Sequence record: OM319461.1
Direction: 5' to 3' (one strand)
Length of the DNA: 64,000 nucleotides
Shown: positions 54,357-63,664 of the stretch, piece after piece
Layout of the letters: each line of letters begins with the position of its first letter
How positions within the stretch are numbered: the stretch's first letter is position 1
Program-made: the position numbers and the translations under genes
The notes under the pieces: model-generated
What the model was told of the DNA's origin: nothing
The model's input: the letters and a program-made list of their open reading frames with translations, nothing else
Databases searched by the model: none

Positions 54357-54866
54357 TTAACCTTTCAGTGGTAAACGGTGACTGTAGCTGTAACGCACGC
54401 CTGGGTTAGCGATTGTCTTGCCTGCTACCTTTTCCACTAGACGCTCAGTTACTGCAAAGCGACCACAGTTAGTGATAGCAACTGGCGCATCGCCGACAAA
54501 TGCCACTTTAAGTGCCATCAGTGCATAGAGTGCCGCTAGGCGTTCTGTCTTAAGGATGCCCAGTTTTGTAAAGAAAGCATCGCGACTACATTCTGAAAGA
54601 ATATTGTCAAACGGTGTTTCTGTTGTGATCTCATCTACTGCCGTAGGTACTTTCTTAGAAGGACGGAAAGATACCGACGGGTGACGAGACTTACTACCTG
54701 GACGATAAACGAATTTACCGTAGCCAGTCACAGTGATTGACTCTTTCTCTTCTTTTACCAAGGCGATCATTTCTTTAAATGCATCTTGTGCCATGGTTTC
54801 GAACTTAGGGGTGATGTTCATTGCAGCGATTGCTTTAAGAACATCTTTGTTAGATAAACGTGCCAT
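54357..54866 (-). CDS. tandem HU/IHF-like DNA-binding protein (two domains in one chain)
   Basis: Domain 1 NKDVLKAIA...ESITVTGYGKF...VSFRPSK; domain 2 SRDAFFTKL...PVAITNCGRFAVTER...VRYSYS; likely start MARL at 54866. Confidence 0.65.
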   Translation of the reverse strand: MARLSNKDVLKAIAAMNITPKFETMAQDAFKEMIALVKEEKESITVTGYGKFVYRPGSKSRHPSVSFRPSKKVPTAVDEITTETPFDNILSECSRDAFFTKLGILKTERLAALYALMALKVAFVGDAPVAITNCGRFAVTERLVEKVAGKTIANPGVRYSYSHRLPLKG

Positions 54867-54881
54867 TGTTGAATTCTCCAA

Positions 54882-55736
54882 TTAAAGGATGTTAAAGTCG
54901 CCAGTCTGTAGCTGGTAACCTGGTGAAAGCTCAAGTAGTTTTGTAGCCATGTAAGCACGACTACCAAAGCGCATAATGTTGTAACGTGGAATTACTACGC
55001 TACCACCTTCTTCTAGGTGAGATGCATGCCACTTGAATGAGTTAAGTTTCGTACCTAGGTACATACTTACGTCCGGTGAAATATTCGCTACTGGCTTAGC
55101 TGGCATTTCGTTAGGCATAGTACCTTCGCCAACATAACCTACGAACATTTCATGGAAGGTTTCGATCTTGTCTGCATGGAAAGTACCTTCTGTCACTTTA
55201 CCACCAGGCAGGCCACGTACAAGTACATTAGCTAGCCATACTAGATCGTCCAGGATTGGTGCAATGATCTTTTCTTCCCAGCTACCACGGCGACGATATG
55301 CCACGGATGCTAAACGAGCGATCGCCATAGGCAACAACAACGCAATAGCACGCGCTGTCTTGATTCCTTCAGTTAACCATGGGTTAGATACTGAAGTGAA
55401 CAGGTGATCGTGTTCAGGATAAAAGAACGCAAACGTTTCAGAAGTAAAGCGACAGATGCCATTACGGATAGTATCCATCGTTGCTTTGGCTTTCTTGTTC
55501 GCATCGTGACTCTTGTCAAGTGCAATCGTGTGCTGACGGAAAGTCGTAGAGATGTGATACGCAGATGCGTCCAATAGCAACAATGCTACTGCTAGATCAC
55601 CTGTCGTATCTACACGACGGTTTTCAATGCGTGTACCTTCGTATACTCCGATGCGGCGTGCATTTGCTAGTACTAGTGCACGAGAAGAAAAGTTGTTGCC
55701 CAATGCAACTGCTTTTGAAATGTTATCAGCATTCAT
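54882..55736 (-). CDS. hypothetical protein
   Basis: 284-aa ORF. Confidence 0.75.
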   Translation of the reverse strand: MNADNISKAVALGNNFSSRALVLANARRIGVYEGTRIENRRVDTTGDLAVALLLLDASAYHISTTFRQHTIALDKSHDANKKAKATMDTIRNGICRFTSETFAFFYPEHDHLFTSVSNPWLTEGIKTARAIALLLPMAIARLASVAYRRRGSWEEKIIAPILDDLVWLANVLVRGLPGGKVTEGTFHADKIETFHEMFVGYVGEGTMPNEMPAKPVANISPDVSMYLGTKLNSFKWHASHLEEGGSVVIPRYNIMRFGSRAYMATKLLELSPGYQLQTGDFNIL

Positions 55737-55748
55737 GATGTGATTCCT

Positions 55749-56663
55749 TTAGAAATTTTGTTCGATGTCCATCGCCTCATCATAGCGAACGAAGAGAGTG
55801 ACGTATGTGTTTGAACCGACGATACCGTCCTGTTTGAGGTTTGCCCATTTCTGGAACTGCTTAATAGCTTCCTCAGTAGAAGGACCGTACTTGCCGTCGA
55901 CTTGATATGGTTTGGTTAGATAACCAAGTTTGAATAGCATGTGCTGTACGTTCTTCGTGAACTTACCGCGACTGCCACGTTTAACAAGACTAGTGCACCC
56001 TAGCTTGCTGGTATTACGGAATACAGAAATGTAAAACTCAGTCCAAGCTTTACGATCTTCTAGTCCGTGATAACCGCCATTGATAGCACGGGTTAAATTG
56101 CGTACGTCGTTTGCACCGGCAATCTCGATTAGAGTTTTACCGCCGCGTTTACGTGTTGCAAAGAAATCACCGGCTGCCCACCACATTGACTTAGCTTGGC
56201 GAGCTAAACGATCTGGATCACTCAGGAAGTCTAGACCAAACTTGCGTGTGATGTTCAGATAGTTGTTTCGACCAGTCAATTGAATAAGTCCACGGCCACG
56301 GAAGTTCCATCCATCGTCCGTACCCATTCGGTTGCCCATACGGCCATTGTAAACTGCATTAGCCAATGCTTGTGGATTACGAGCTACTTTACGAGCAGCG
56401 GCACGTGTCTTAAAGCGCTTAGGCCAAACACGCATTACTGCCTTTTCAGAGTAGTTAAGGTTTTCCATAAAGAAAGCAAAACCACCCGACTCATGTCTCA
56501 GTTGGCCGAGTAGATGTGCCCATTTCAAATCAGTATCAAAACCAAGTTTGACAAGATGATTGTAATGATCCTCAAAGTCATTGAGGAAGAAGAAGTCATA
56601 ACAGCTTTCCGAACAACTAAGTCGAATCGCGTTAATGATTTCTTGGCAGGTTGGCATACTCAT
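55749..56663 (-). CDS. GH19-family endolysin with a C-terminal PG_binding_1 domain
   Basis: QLRHESGG, ENLNYS, NGRMGN, DGWNFRGRGLIQLTGRNNY and INGGYHGLEDR; C-terminal LVKRGSRG...DGKYGPSTEEAIKQFQ...DGIVG..T. Confidence 0.92.
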   Translation of the reverse strand: MSMPTCQEIINAIRLSCSESCYDFFFLNDFEDHYNHLVKLGFDTDLKWAHLLGQLRHESGGFAFFMENLNYSEKAVMRVWPKRFKTRAAARKVARNPQALANAVYNGRMGNRMGTDDGWNFRGRGLIQLTGRNNYLNITRKFGLDFLSDPDRLARQAKSMWWAAGDFFATRKRGGKTLIEIAGANDVRNLTRAINGGYHGLEDRKAWTEFYISVFRNTSKLGCTSLVKRGSRGKFTKNVQHMLFKLGYLTKPYQVDGKYGPSTEEAIKQFQKWANLKQDGIVGSNTYVTLFVRYDEAMDIEQNF

Positions 56664-56743
56664 GCGTATCTCCGTTTTGTTGTTGGAAGATGTATTACAT
56701 ACTATTAAGTATTGTGGTCGAAAAAGAAAAGTTTAAAGAAGTA

Positions 56744-56771
56744 GGACCCCCTACCCGAAGGCAGAAGATCC
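56744..56771 (-). terminator. intrinsic terminator, UUCG loop
   Basis: cta-cc-cgaa-gg-cag core in an imperfect stem, with A-rich sequence on its left. Confidence 0.6.
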
Positions 56772-56780
56772 TTTTGGTTA

Positions 56781-58955
56781 TTACCAAACAAATGCGCGAC
56801 GTGGATCGTATTGACCAGTAGTCGCACGTGCTTTGTTTCCTAGTGCAGTAGTTAAAGCAGTCAGTAGATCATGCGCCGTTGCAGGTACAGGAATACCTAC
56901 ACCCATACCACGGATAGCACGACTAACTTCTTCTACTAGTGTCTGCGATGGCTGTGGTGCCAAGGAATGACCTAGAATAGCAGCTACAACAGAAATAAGA
57001 TCCTCGATAGAACGAGTTTCTTTTTCTACCAACATCTCAACAAACGCATTGATCGCCATGTGGTCTTGTGCCATATGCCCAATCATGACATTTACTACAG
57101 TTGATTCACCACTATTGATTGAGATCGGTGTAATTGTCAATGGCTGCAAAGCACCGCAAAGATTAGGGAACTCAATGTGTGTTCCTGGCTTAAGCGTTAA
57201 TGCAACCATTGTACCAGGAGTAAACATATGTCCACCTTCTGGCGTTACCTCGATCTTCGTAGTGACTGACTTGATGTGCTCCGCAGCATGCGTTGCATTA
57301 TGCTGGTATGTACCATGGCCATAACCCGCACCACCGTTAAAACCAAACTGTTGGTTATGCGCTGTACCAAACTGACCGCAGTTTGCCTGGAGGCGTTTTG
57401 CTAGCTTGTCGTTTTGTACAATTACAGCCATAGCCCAGTTAGTAAACTCATCCTTCAAAGCTAGACGACATGCTACCTCATGAGACGTACGACGACTCTT
57501 TGTAGTAACCGCATCGACTACCGCGAAGATAGCCAAACGATGTTTGAGGGTTACCCCGTCGTCTTGCACTAGGCGTTGCAGTTCACCAGAACTCAGGCGC
57601 ATCGCTCCATTAATAAACTTCTTAATGCCGCATAGCTGATTCAGACTGTGTGCTACTTTTTCTGACAGGCTGATCATTACACCTTCTGGGTGTGCCGCTG
57701 GATGATAGTCCGCCTGGTAGATCTCCTTGATCAAGCCACGTTCATCAGGAGAGATGATGTGAGCTTGTTTGGTTGTTGGTGCGACTTTTGATTTAACAAG
57801 GTCAGCGCCGCTATCCAGACATTTGTCCACAGGGATCTCACGCATCTTGAATGCAACAAATAAAATCATAGGAACTACATCGCTTCCGATACCTACACCC
57901 TGCAAGTACGCATCAACAGAACGCTTGACATCCGTAGCGTTAAGCATGCATGTACCAACACCATGAGACTCCCAGTAGCCGCGCTCACACAGTGCATTAG
58001 CAATATCTGCACCGATAGTAAAGTTCCAAACATTGTCGCCCGGCTTGCTGTTTAGCGAGTCAATGAAAGTACTAGGAAGACGGCGAAGCATTTCGATTGT
58101 TTCAGTTACGTAGTTACGAGTTAGTAGTTTGTTGTTCATTGTTTGTTCCTCTTTAATAGATTGTGATGTGGTGTGTGTTTTTACAGAGTCAGTTTTCTTT
58201 TGATTTAACTCTGATTGAGATTCGATCAATGCAGTGCGAAGATTCACAATACGATCATGGTTATCGACGTCACGGAAGAAGTCAACCCATGTGTCAGGTG
58301 TGATGCCATGCTCTTTTAGCATGCCAGGATAGTTGCCTTCGATTGATCCTAGGAACATCATTGTTTCGACATGTGGTGGCAATAGACCACAGATAATCGG
58401 ACGAGCAAACGCTACTGTGAGCGTGTCGTCGGTGATGGTCGTATTGAGTGATGTTCTGGCAGGCAATGATTCAGCAGCGAAATGGATTTTCATCAATTGA
58501 CTATCTTTAGGATCCAATGCGATTGACACCGGTGACAGTACAGTCGGCTTTTGAAGACGAGAACTATGACCAAATACACGGTTCAATTGGACCTCGATGG
58601 AGGCCGCATATGGAAGCTCGTCGACAGACTGTAATCCATAAAAGCGATGTTTGATCACCGTAGCCACGTGTTTGTTTGTATCGATTTCGGCAAAGTCACC
58701 TTTACAGATCATCAGTAGAATTAGACCGATGTCAGGAGTACGCTTACCCAGCATCATTTCGTGGATATGACCGATCGGGTAACTAACTGAATGTTTGATG
58801 TGGACATGAAAAACATTTTCGATTCGCTTGGCTGCGCTCGATGCAATTGTGAAGGTAAAAACTTCACAGCTGTCTTTGAATTCTTGGATATATGAAACAC
58901 TGTTCGTGATGTCTTTAAGAAAGCGAGCAGGCACGTTTAGTTTGATTGTATTCAT
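56781..58955 (-). CDS. hypothetical protein (724 aa)
   Basis: Long clean ORF, GGAG site, with a G/Q/N/aromatic low-complexity patch. Confidence 0.8.
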   Translation of the reverse strand: MNTIKLNVPARFLKDITNSVSYIQEFKDSCEVFTFTIASSAAKRIENVFHVHIKHSVSYPIGHIHEMMLGKRTPDIGLILLMICKGDFAEIDTNKHVATVIKHRFYGLQSVDELPYAASIEVQLNRVFGHSSRLQKPTVLSPVSIALDPKDSQLMKIHFAAESLPARTSLNTTITDDTLTVAFARPIICGLLPPHVETMMFLGSIEGNYPGMLKEHGITPDTWVDFFRDVDNHDRIVNLRTALIESQSELNQKKTDSVKTHTTSQSIKEEQTMNNKLLTRNYVTETIEMLRRLPSTFIDSLNSKPGDNVWNFTIGADIANALCERGYWESHGVGTCMLNATDVKRSVDAYLQGVGIGSDVVPMILFVAFKMREIPVDKCLDSGADLVKSKVAPTTKQAHIISPDERGLIKEIYQADYHPAAHPEGVMISLSEKVAHSLNQLCGIKKFINGAMRLSSGELQRLVQDDGVTLKHRLAIFAVVDAVTTKSRRTSHEVACRLALKDEFTNWAMAVIVQNDKLAKRLQANCGQFGTAHNQQFGFNGGAGYGHGTYQHNATHAAEHIKSVTTKIEVTPEGGHMFTPGTMVALTLKPGTHIEFPNLCGALQPLTITPISINSGESTVVNVMIGHMAQDHMAINAFVEMLVEKETRSIEDLISVVAAILGHSLAPQPSQTLVEEVSRAIRGMGVGIPVPATAHDLLTALTTALGNKARATTGQYDPRRAFVW

Positions 58956-58969
58956 GGTTATTTCTCCAA

Positions 58970-59272
58970 TTAAGCTTTGATGTGTTTAAGACCGCGCATT
59001 TCGATTAACATTTCACCGGCGGTTATTTTGCGTATTGAACCATTGGTGCGTTCGAATTCCAATTGAATATGACTAGGAGCTGCTTCGAAAGCCGCCAATA
59101 CAAGACTCGGTTGATTTTGATAGCTGGCGCGAGTTGCTAGCCGGTTAAGTATTTGTTTTACTGCTTCATCATCATCGAGCATTTTGATTTGATATGACAG
59201 ATAGCGATGAGGATAGACTTGGTGTCGATCTAGGTCATCCAGAATGTTTAAAGCTTTTGTTAATGAATCCAT
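58970..59272 (-). CDS. hypothetical protein
   Basis: Likely start MDSLTKAL at 59272 after CAGGAG. Confidence 0.7.
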   Translation of the reverse strand: MDSLTKALNILDDLDRHQVYPHRYLSYQIKMLDDDEAVKQILNRLATRASYQNQPSLVLAAFEAAPSHIQLEFERTNGSIRKITAGEMLIEMRGLKHIKA

Positions 59273-59334
59273 GGTTGTTTTCTCCTGGGGCAAATAATAA
59301 TCATAGATGCACCTCGTAAGATGCATCGAGTTTA

Positions 59335-60006
59335 TTACTTACGAAAGCCTTTGTAGATATCGATACCTTGGGCTTGCATGTTCTTTTTGTATTGCTCTAC
59401 TGCACGGCGTCCGATTTCACCGTGGAAGTTACGTTCTGCTTCTAGGGCAATACGAGGACACATTGAGAACTGTTCGTCCATCTCTGCAAGGGTTTGTAGA
59501 TTAATGCCCTGACGCATGAATACAAGACAAGTAGAAACCTGTAGTTTTGTATATGCGTACTTGGCTGCCTTAACAGAGACCGCTTCACGTTCTTGACAGT
59601 TGTCTACGGCTTCACCGAATGGTACTACCAGACTTACTGCTGCGTACATGTTGTCGCTATCACTGCGATAGTTACTAGGACGAGAATGTGAACGGTTGTT
59701 ACCAGCACCACCTGTAAAGATAAGTGTATTGGTAGGACAACCACCACCAAAGTTAATGCCGCCATCTGCTGAGTGAGAGAACGAACCATTTGTTTGGTGT
59801 GTTGCATTTACAACTGTGTTTGACTGTGAGCTATTCAAAGCCATTGTCGGTGACTGTTGTAATGTATTGTACTGCGATTGGTTTTGTGAACCAGATAGAT
59901 TAGAGTTACTATCACCACAGCCTCCAACCGAACAGTCGTTTGCGTTTGAACTAAACGAGAAAGAAGATAGTGAAAGTAAAGCAATAGCAATTAGATATTG
60001 TTTCAT
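59335..60006 (-). CDS. secreted or periplasmic hypothetical protein
   Basis: Start MKQYLIAIALLSLSSFSFSSNA, a signal peptide ending in an AxA-type site; contains several Cys residues. Confidence 0.75.
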   Translation of the reverse strand: MKQYLIAIALLSLSSFSFSSNANDCSVGGCGDSNSNLSGSQNQSQYNTLQQSPTMALNSSQSNTVVNATHQTNGSFSHSADGGINFGGGCPTNTLIFTGGAGNNRSHSRPSNYRSDSDNMYAAVSLVVPFGEAVDNCQEREAVSVKAAKYAYTKLQVSTCLVFMRQGINLQTLAEMDEQFSMCPRIALEAERNFHGEIGRRAVEQYKKNMQAQGIDIYKGFRK

Positions 60007-60082
60007 GGAAACTCCAAAAATAAAAGTTATGATAAAGACGGGGACCACCATCGGCAGCCCCCATCGAAAGCCTAATCAAAGA

Positions 60083-60844
60083 TTAGTTGTTTTCGTACCA
60101 AGTAGAAAACTCAGTGTCAGTAACAGTTGTAGAACGACCTTGGTCGTAAACGTTTAGATCAGATACGTCTACTTTAATAGACATGCCGTTTACGTCAGCT
60201 TTGTTAAGATCTTGACCGTTGATAGTGATTGCATTTGGATTGTCCAACATACGATCAGCCAGGATCATTACTGGTAGAGAAGTACCTTCAGAGTTTACAT
60301 CGATACCGTTGATGTTCGCAGTGAAGTCATTGCCCGGTTTAGAGCTACCGTTAGAACCTGTGTAACCTAGGTCAGTTTGAGTAGCGATGTCGATCTTAAC
60401 AGTTTTGATGTCAACTGTGTTGTGGTTTTGAGTTGTAGTTTCGCCATGAGTAGAACCCATGCGGTAACCTTGGCTGTTTGATAGACCACCGATAGCAACA
60501 GTCACATCACAGTTTTCGATACGAGTTGTAGTAACGCCTGTAGTCAGCTGATCGATCCTGCCGATGCGCTGAGTTACGTCTAGTGATACACCAACGTTTA
60601 AAGTATCGTTACCAGTACCTTGACAAGCTATATCGCCGCATTGATTGTTAACGCCATCCATTGCACCACCACGGTTTTGAGAGTAGTTAAACTCAAGACC
60701 GTTAGTTGTACCAGTTACGTGTTGATCAACGTTTACTGTTGTAGTCGTTGTACCTGTTGTATGAGTTGTTGATAGATCAACAGCACCAGCAGAAGCAGCG
60801 AAAAGAACAGAAGCGATAGCAGAAGTAAGAACTATAGTTTTCAT
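60083..60844 (-). CDS. secreted Thr/Asn/Gly-rich hypothetical protein
   Basis: MKTIVLTSAIASVLFAASAGA signal peptide; beta-strand-rich mature region. Confidence 0.8.
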   Translation of the reverse strand: MKTIVLTSAIASVLFAASAGAVDLSTTHTTGTTTTTVNVDQHVTGTTNGLEFNYSQNRGGAMDGVNNQCGDIACQGTGNDTLNVGVSLDVTQRIGRIDQLTTGVTTTRIENCDVTVAIGGLSNSQGYRMGSTHGETTTQNHNTVDIKTVKIDIATQTDLGYTGSNGSSKPGNDFTANINGIDVNSEGTSLPVMILADRMLDNPNAITINGQDLNKADVNGMSIKVDVSDLNVYDQGRSTTVTDTEFSTWYENN

Positions 60845-60929
60845 GATGTTTTCCTTAAGGATATTTAAAAGACATTATTGCCTGGGATAAAAATAATCAT
60901 TCGAATGATTGCATGCATATAATCATCCT

Positions 60930-60960
60930 GGTTATATAGACATCAACATTTCTTGAAACG
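60930..60960 (-). promoter_or_regulatory. phage early promoter (TTTCAA-N14-TATATAAC)
   Basis: ggttatatagacatcaacatttcttgaaacg differs from 582-612 at 4 of 31 positions. Confidence 0.75.
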
Positions 60961-60977
60961 CATAATAACCTGACAAA

Positions 60978-60996
60978 CCCATTCACACAGAATGGG
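60978..60996 (-). terminator. probable terminator
   Basis: cccattc-acaca-gaatggg. Confidence 0.55.
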
Positions 60997-61008
60997 CTTT
61001 ACATGTTA

Positions 61009-61209
61009 CTATAGATAGAATGGCTGAGGGCGGCTTAGAACTTCGCGTGCGGTTTCGAACATAGCCATTACCGCTGCTGGCTCTTGTGTGATCTTGCCCA
61101 GGTCTGCTACTGCATCCATAATAGATGCACGTTCAGTCGCATTGATGTTCAGCTCCGCAGTGATGCGTGCCATTTCATTGTCTACCGTGTTTTCAAATTG
61201 TGATTTCAT
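61009..61209 (-). CDS. small helical hypothetical protein
   Basis: Likely start MKSQFEN at 61209. Confidence 0.6.
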   Translation of the reverse strand: MKSQFENTVDNEMARITAELNINATERASIMDAVADLGKITQEPAAVMAMFETAREVLSRPQPFYL

Positions 61210-61293
61210 TTTAGTTTCCTCTGTGCTTATGACAATGTCATTTTCTGAAGTATCTCCCACAAAGCCCACTGGCGTCCCAATGAGCTTTAAGGG

Positions 61294-61701
61294 CTACTTC
61301 TTAGCCGTTTTGTTTTTGATGTCTGCTTCTACTTCGGCAGAAATCTTGTCAAGCATTTCTTTGTCAGACATGTGCTTGTAAAGATCGACGATAGCTTTGC
61401 GGTAAGCACACACTTCTTCGTCAGTTAGTGTTTCTTTGTTCTTAAGTTGAACATAAACGGCTACATAGATTTCAGCCTTCTCTGCATCCTTGATTGCTTC
61501 TTCTTTTACCTCAGGCAAGGCTTCTTTGATTTTAGCAATCGCGGCTTTTTGCTTCTCTGCTTTGGCATCAGCTTTTTCTGCCGAATCTTCTTTAGAGAAA
61601 AGACCAATGAACTTAGTCCATAGGTCACGGAAGAAGTTTGGTACAGTTACAGTAACAAAGTTTACTACTGCGTCTTTAACAGAGATTAGTTTAGTTTTCA
61701 T
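61294..61701 (-). CDS. MKTKL-family amphipathic-helix protein
   Basis: MKTKLISVKDAVVNFVTVTVPNFFRDLWTKFIGLFS followed by a charged helical region. Confidence 0.75.
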   Translation of the reverse strand: MKTKLISVKDAVVNFVTVTVPNFFRDLWTKFIGLFSKEDSAEKADAKAEKQKAAIAKIKEALPEVKEEAIKDAEKAEIYVAVYVQLKNKETLTDEEVCAYRKAIVDLYKHMSDKEMLDKISAEVEADIKNKTAKK

Positions 61702-61763
61702 AATGAGTTTCCTTTTTAGTGTTGTTTGGAGGATGGATGGGCATGTCGCCCATCCATTAAAGA

Positions 61764-62018
61764 TTATTGTTCTGCTGTATCCGCAGGTGCGTCAGCAGGT
61801 GCTTCTGGTTCAGAGGTGTCAGATTTCTCTTCGTCTTTATTAGAGAAGAAACCTTTTACCGCCTCAAAGGCAGAAGTAGCAAGACCTTTGATGCTTTCCC
61901 AAAGGCTAGTAACGTTTTGACTTTTAACCCAAGTCCATGCATTAGAGATAGCCGCAGGTGCAGTTTCAGTAACGAAGTTTACGATAGAGTTTTTGATTTC
62001 GATTAGTTTAGTTTTCAT
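61764..62018 (-). CDS. MKTKL-family amphipathic-helix protein
   Basis: MKTKLIEIKNSIVNFVTET...AWTWVKS...LWESIKGLATSAFEAVKGFFS. Confidence 0.75.
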   Translation of the reverse strand: MKTKLIEIKNSIVNFVTETAPAAISNAWTWVKSQNVTSLWESIKGLATSAFEAVKGFFSNKDEEKSDTSEPEAPADAPADTAEQ

Positions 62019-62046
62019 GATAAGTTTCCTTTTAGGTAAATTTGAA

Positions 62047-62652
62047 TTAGTTTGTTTCTGGCATGCGGAACACGCCGTGGTTTACAGAATAAGCGAGGCG
62101 ACTGATAAGGCCATTGATGATGTGGATCATCTTTTCTTTGTCGATGTACATTGAGGTCACAGGACCAAGTGCATTACGCAAAGAACTTAAAGCACACAAT
62201 AACGACATCTGTGTCGACAGCATGCGTTTTGTGTCGTCCTGATGAAGATACTCAGTACCAAGGATTTCGATGTTTTGGATTGCCTTGGTTACTTCCTTGT
62301 CCTCTGCACGAACAGCGTACAGTGCACTCAGGTGCTTTGTAATCCCAGCCAATACTTCTCGTACGTATTTGTTTGCTACTTTGTTTGCAGCAGACGAAAT
62401 GTCCGACTTTTGATCGATTGGGAACGACAGACGCGGAACAACACTAACTGGTTGTTGTGGTACTGCTACTGCCGGCTTAGCTGGAGCTTGTCTTCTGACT
62501 ACTCGTGTACGCTTAATTGGTTTTGGTACTTCCTGTGCCTGTGGTTTGGCAGGGGTCTCTTCCTTGACGAGTTTGGTTCGCCTAGGTTCGCCGTGACACA
62601 GGACCTCAAAGAAGGACTTAATGGCCTTCCAAAGATTCCTTAAGAATTGCAT
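62047..62652 (-). CDS. hypothetical protein with an N-terminal amphipathic helix and Pro-rich linker
   Basis: MQFLRNLWKAIKSFFEVL. Confidence 0.75.
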   Translation of the reverse strand: MQFLRNLWKAIKSFFEVLCHGEPRRTKLVKEETPAKPQAQEVPKPIKRTRVVRRQAPAKPAVAVPQQPVSVVPRLSFPIDQKSDISSAANKVANKYVREVLAGITKHLSALYAVRAEDKEVTKAIQNIEILGTEYLHQDDTKRMLSTQMSLLCALSSLRNALGPVTSMYIDKEKMIHIINGLISRLAYSVNHGVFRMPETN

Positions 62653-62653
62653 G

Positions 62654-63154
62654 TTATGATTCCTTCTTAGTCAACAGACGCAAAGCCGCTTTAGCTTCGT
62701 CTGCCAACATGAAATTATTGGTTAGTGTCACATCTTTCTTTGCATGCTTTAAAGCAGCACGAAGAATACGACGAGTAGTTTTGCGAGCAGTTAGATCATG
62801 ATCGCACTTTTTAGGAGATGGTAGTTTAAGCAACAGCTCATCGATACGGACACGTGAACGTTTGTCAGTCATAGACAGCTGAAGTTTCTTACCGTTCCAG
62901 TTTAGGGCACGCGCCGTGATGATCGAGATCTTTTTAGGTAGAGTCTCGATTACTTTTGCAAATGCATTTACCGCGTCTTTGAGTTCTGCTTCGGCAGGCT
63001 CTTTTTCAAGAGCCTCTGCTAACTTAAGTGACTCGTCGATTTCTTTAGCTTCGCCAAAGATTGTCCAGCCAGTCAGTTTGTGCAACCAACGAAAGACCGT
63101 GCGCTTAATCGTGGTCACAGTATGTTTAACTACTGTTAGTAATTTAGTTTTCAT
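62654..63154 (-). CDS. MKTKL-family amphipathic-helix protein
   Basis: MKTKLLTVVKHTVTTIKRTVFRWLHKLTGW. Confidence 0.75.
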   Translation of the reverse strand: MKTKLLTVVKHTVTTIKRTVFRWLHKLTGWTIFGEAKEIDESLKLAEALEKEPAEAELKDAVNAFAKVIETLPKKISIITARALNWNGKKLQLSMTDKRSRVRIDELLLKLPSPKKCDHDLTARKTTRRILRAALKHAKKDVTLTNNFMLADEAKAALRLLTKKES

Positions 63155-63169
63155 GATCTGTTTCCTTAA

Positions 63170-63586
63170 TTAAGCCACTGCCCATTCCTGGATGCGGCGA
63201 CGAAGTGCAGCGGCAGTACAAACAAAGCCAATCATTTCTTCTAGACCAGCCAGGATACGAAGTACCATTAGGTATGCATAACCGTAAATAAAAGTAAAGA
63301 CCGTAGCGAGTGCCACTTCAAATGCCCACATCAGTGGTGATGCAATTAGGCCAATTGGGTTAATCACAAGACATAGCAATGTGAGATAGCGAGCAGTATA
63401 CGCGAATGCTTTGATGGCATTCTTTGGCGATGGTGCGACAACCATAACTCCGATATACTGAACAGCCGCAAATGCACTTTCAAGAATACTGGCGAACACG
63501 CGTTTAACGAAACCTACTACGCCGTTCCATACTGTTTTGGCTGCACGTACTACGATATTGTCTTCTGTATTGATTTTAGTTTTCAT
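63170..63586 (-). CDS. MKTKI-family membrane protein
   Basis: Start MKTKINT at 63586; amphipathic AAKTVWNGVVGFVKRVFAS followed by hydrophobic segments. Confidence 0.75.
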   Translation of the reverse strand: MKTKINTEDNIVVRAAKTVWNGVVGFVKRVFASILESAFAAVQYIGVMVVAPSPKNAIKAFAYTARYLTLLCLVINPIGLIASPLMWAFEVALATVFTFIYGYAYLMVLRILAGLEEMIGFVCTAAALRRRIQEWAVA

Positions 63587-63664
63587 AATGAGGATCCTCT
63601 TAGGAATTAGTTTTAGTTTGCGCAAAATATATAATCAAGGCCCCGGCCTCGGAACCTTTGTTAT

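Noticed and set aside
61734-61756. 9-bp hairpin between two MKTKL genes as a minus-strand terminator
   Set aside because: No U-tract follows on the minus strand; it is more likely an mRNA processing or stability hairpin, which cannot be resolved from sequence.
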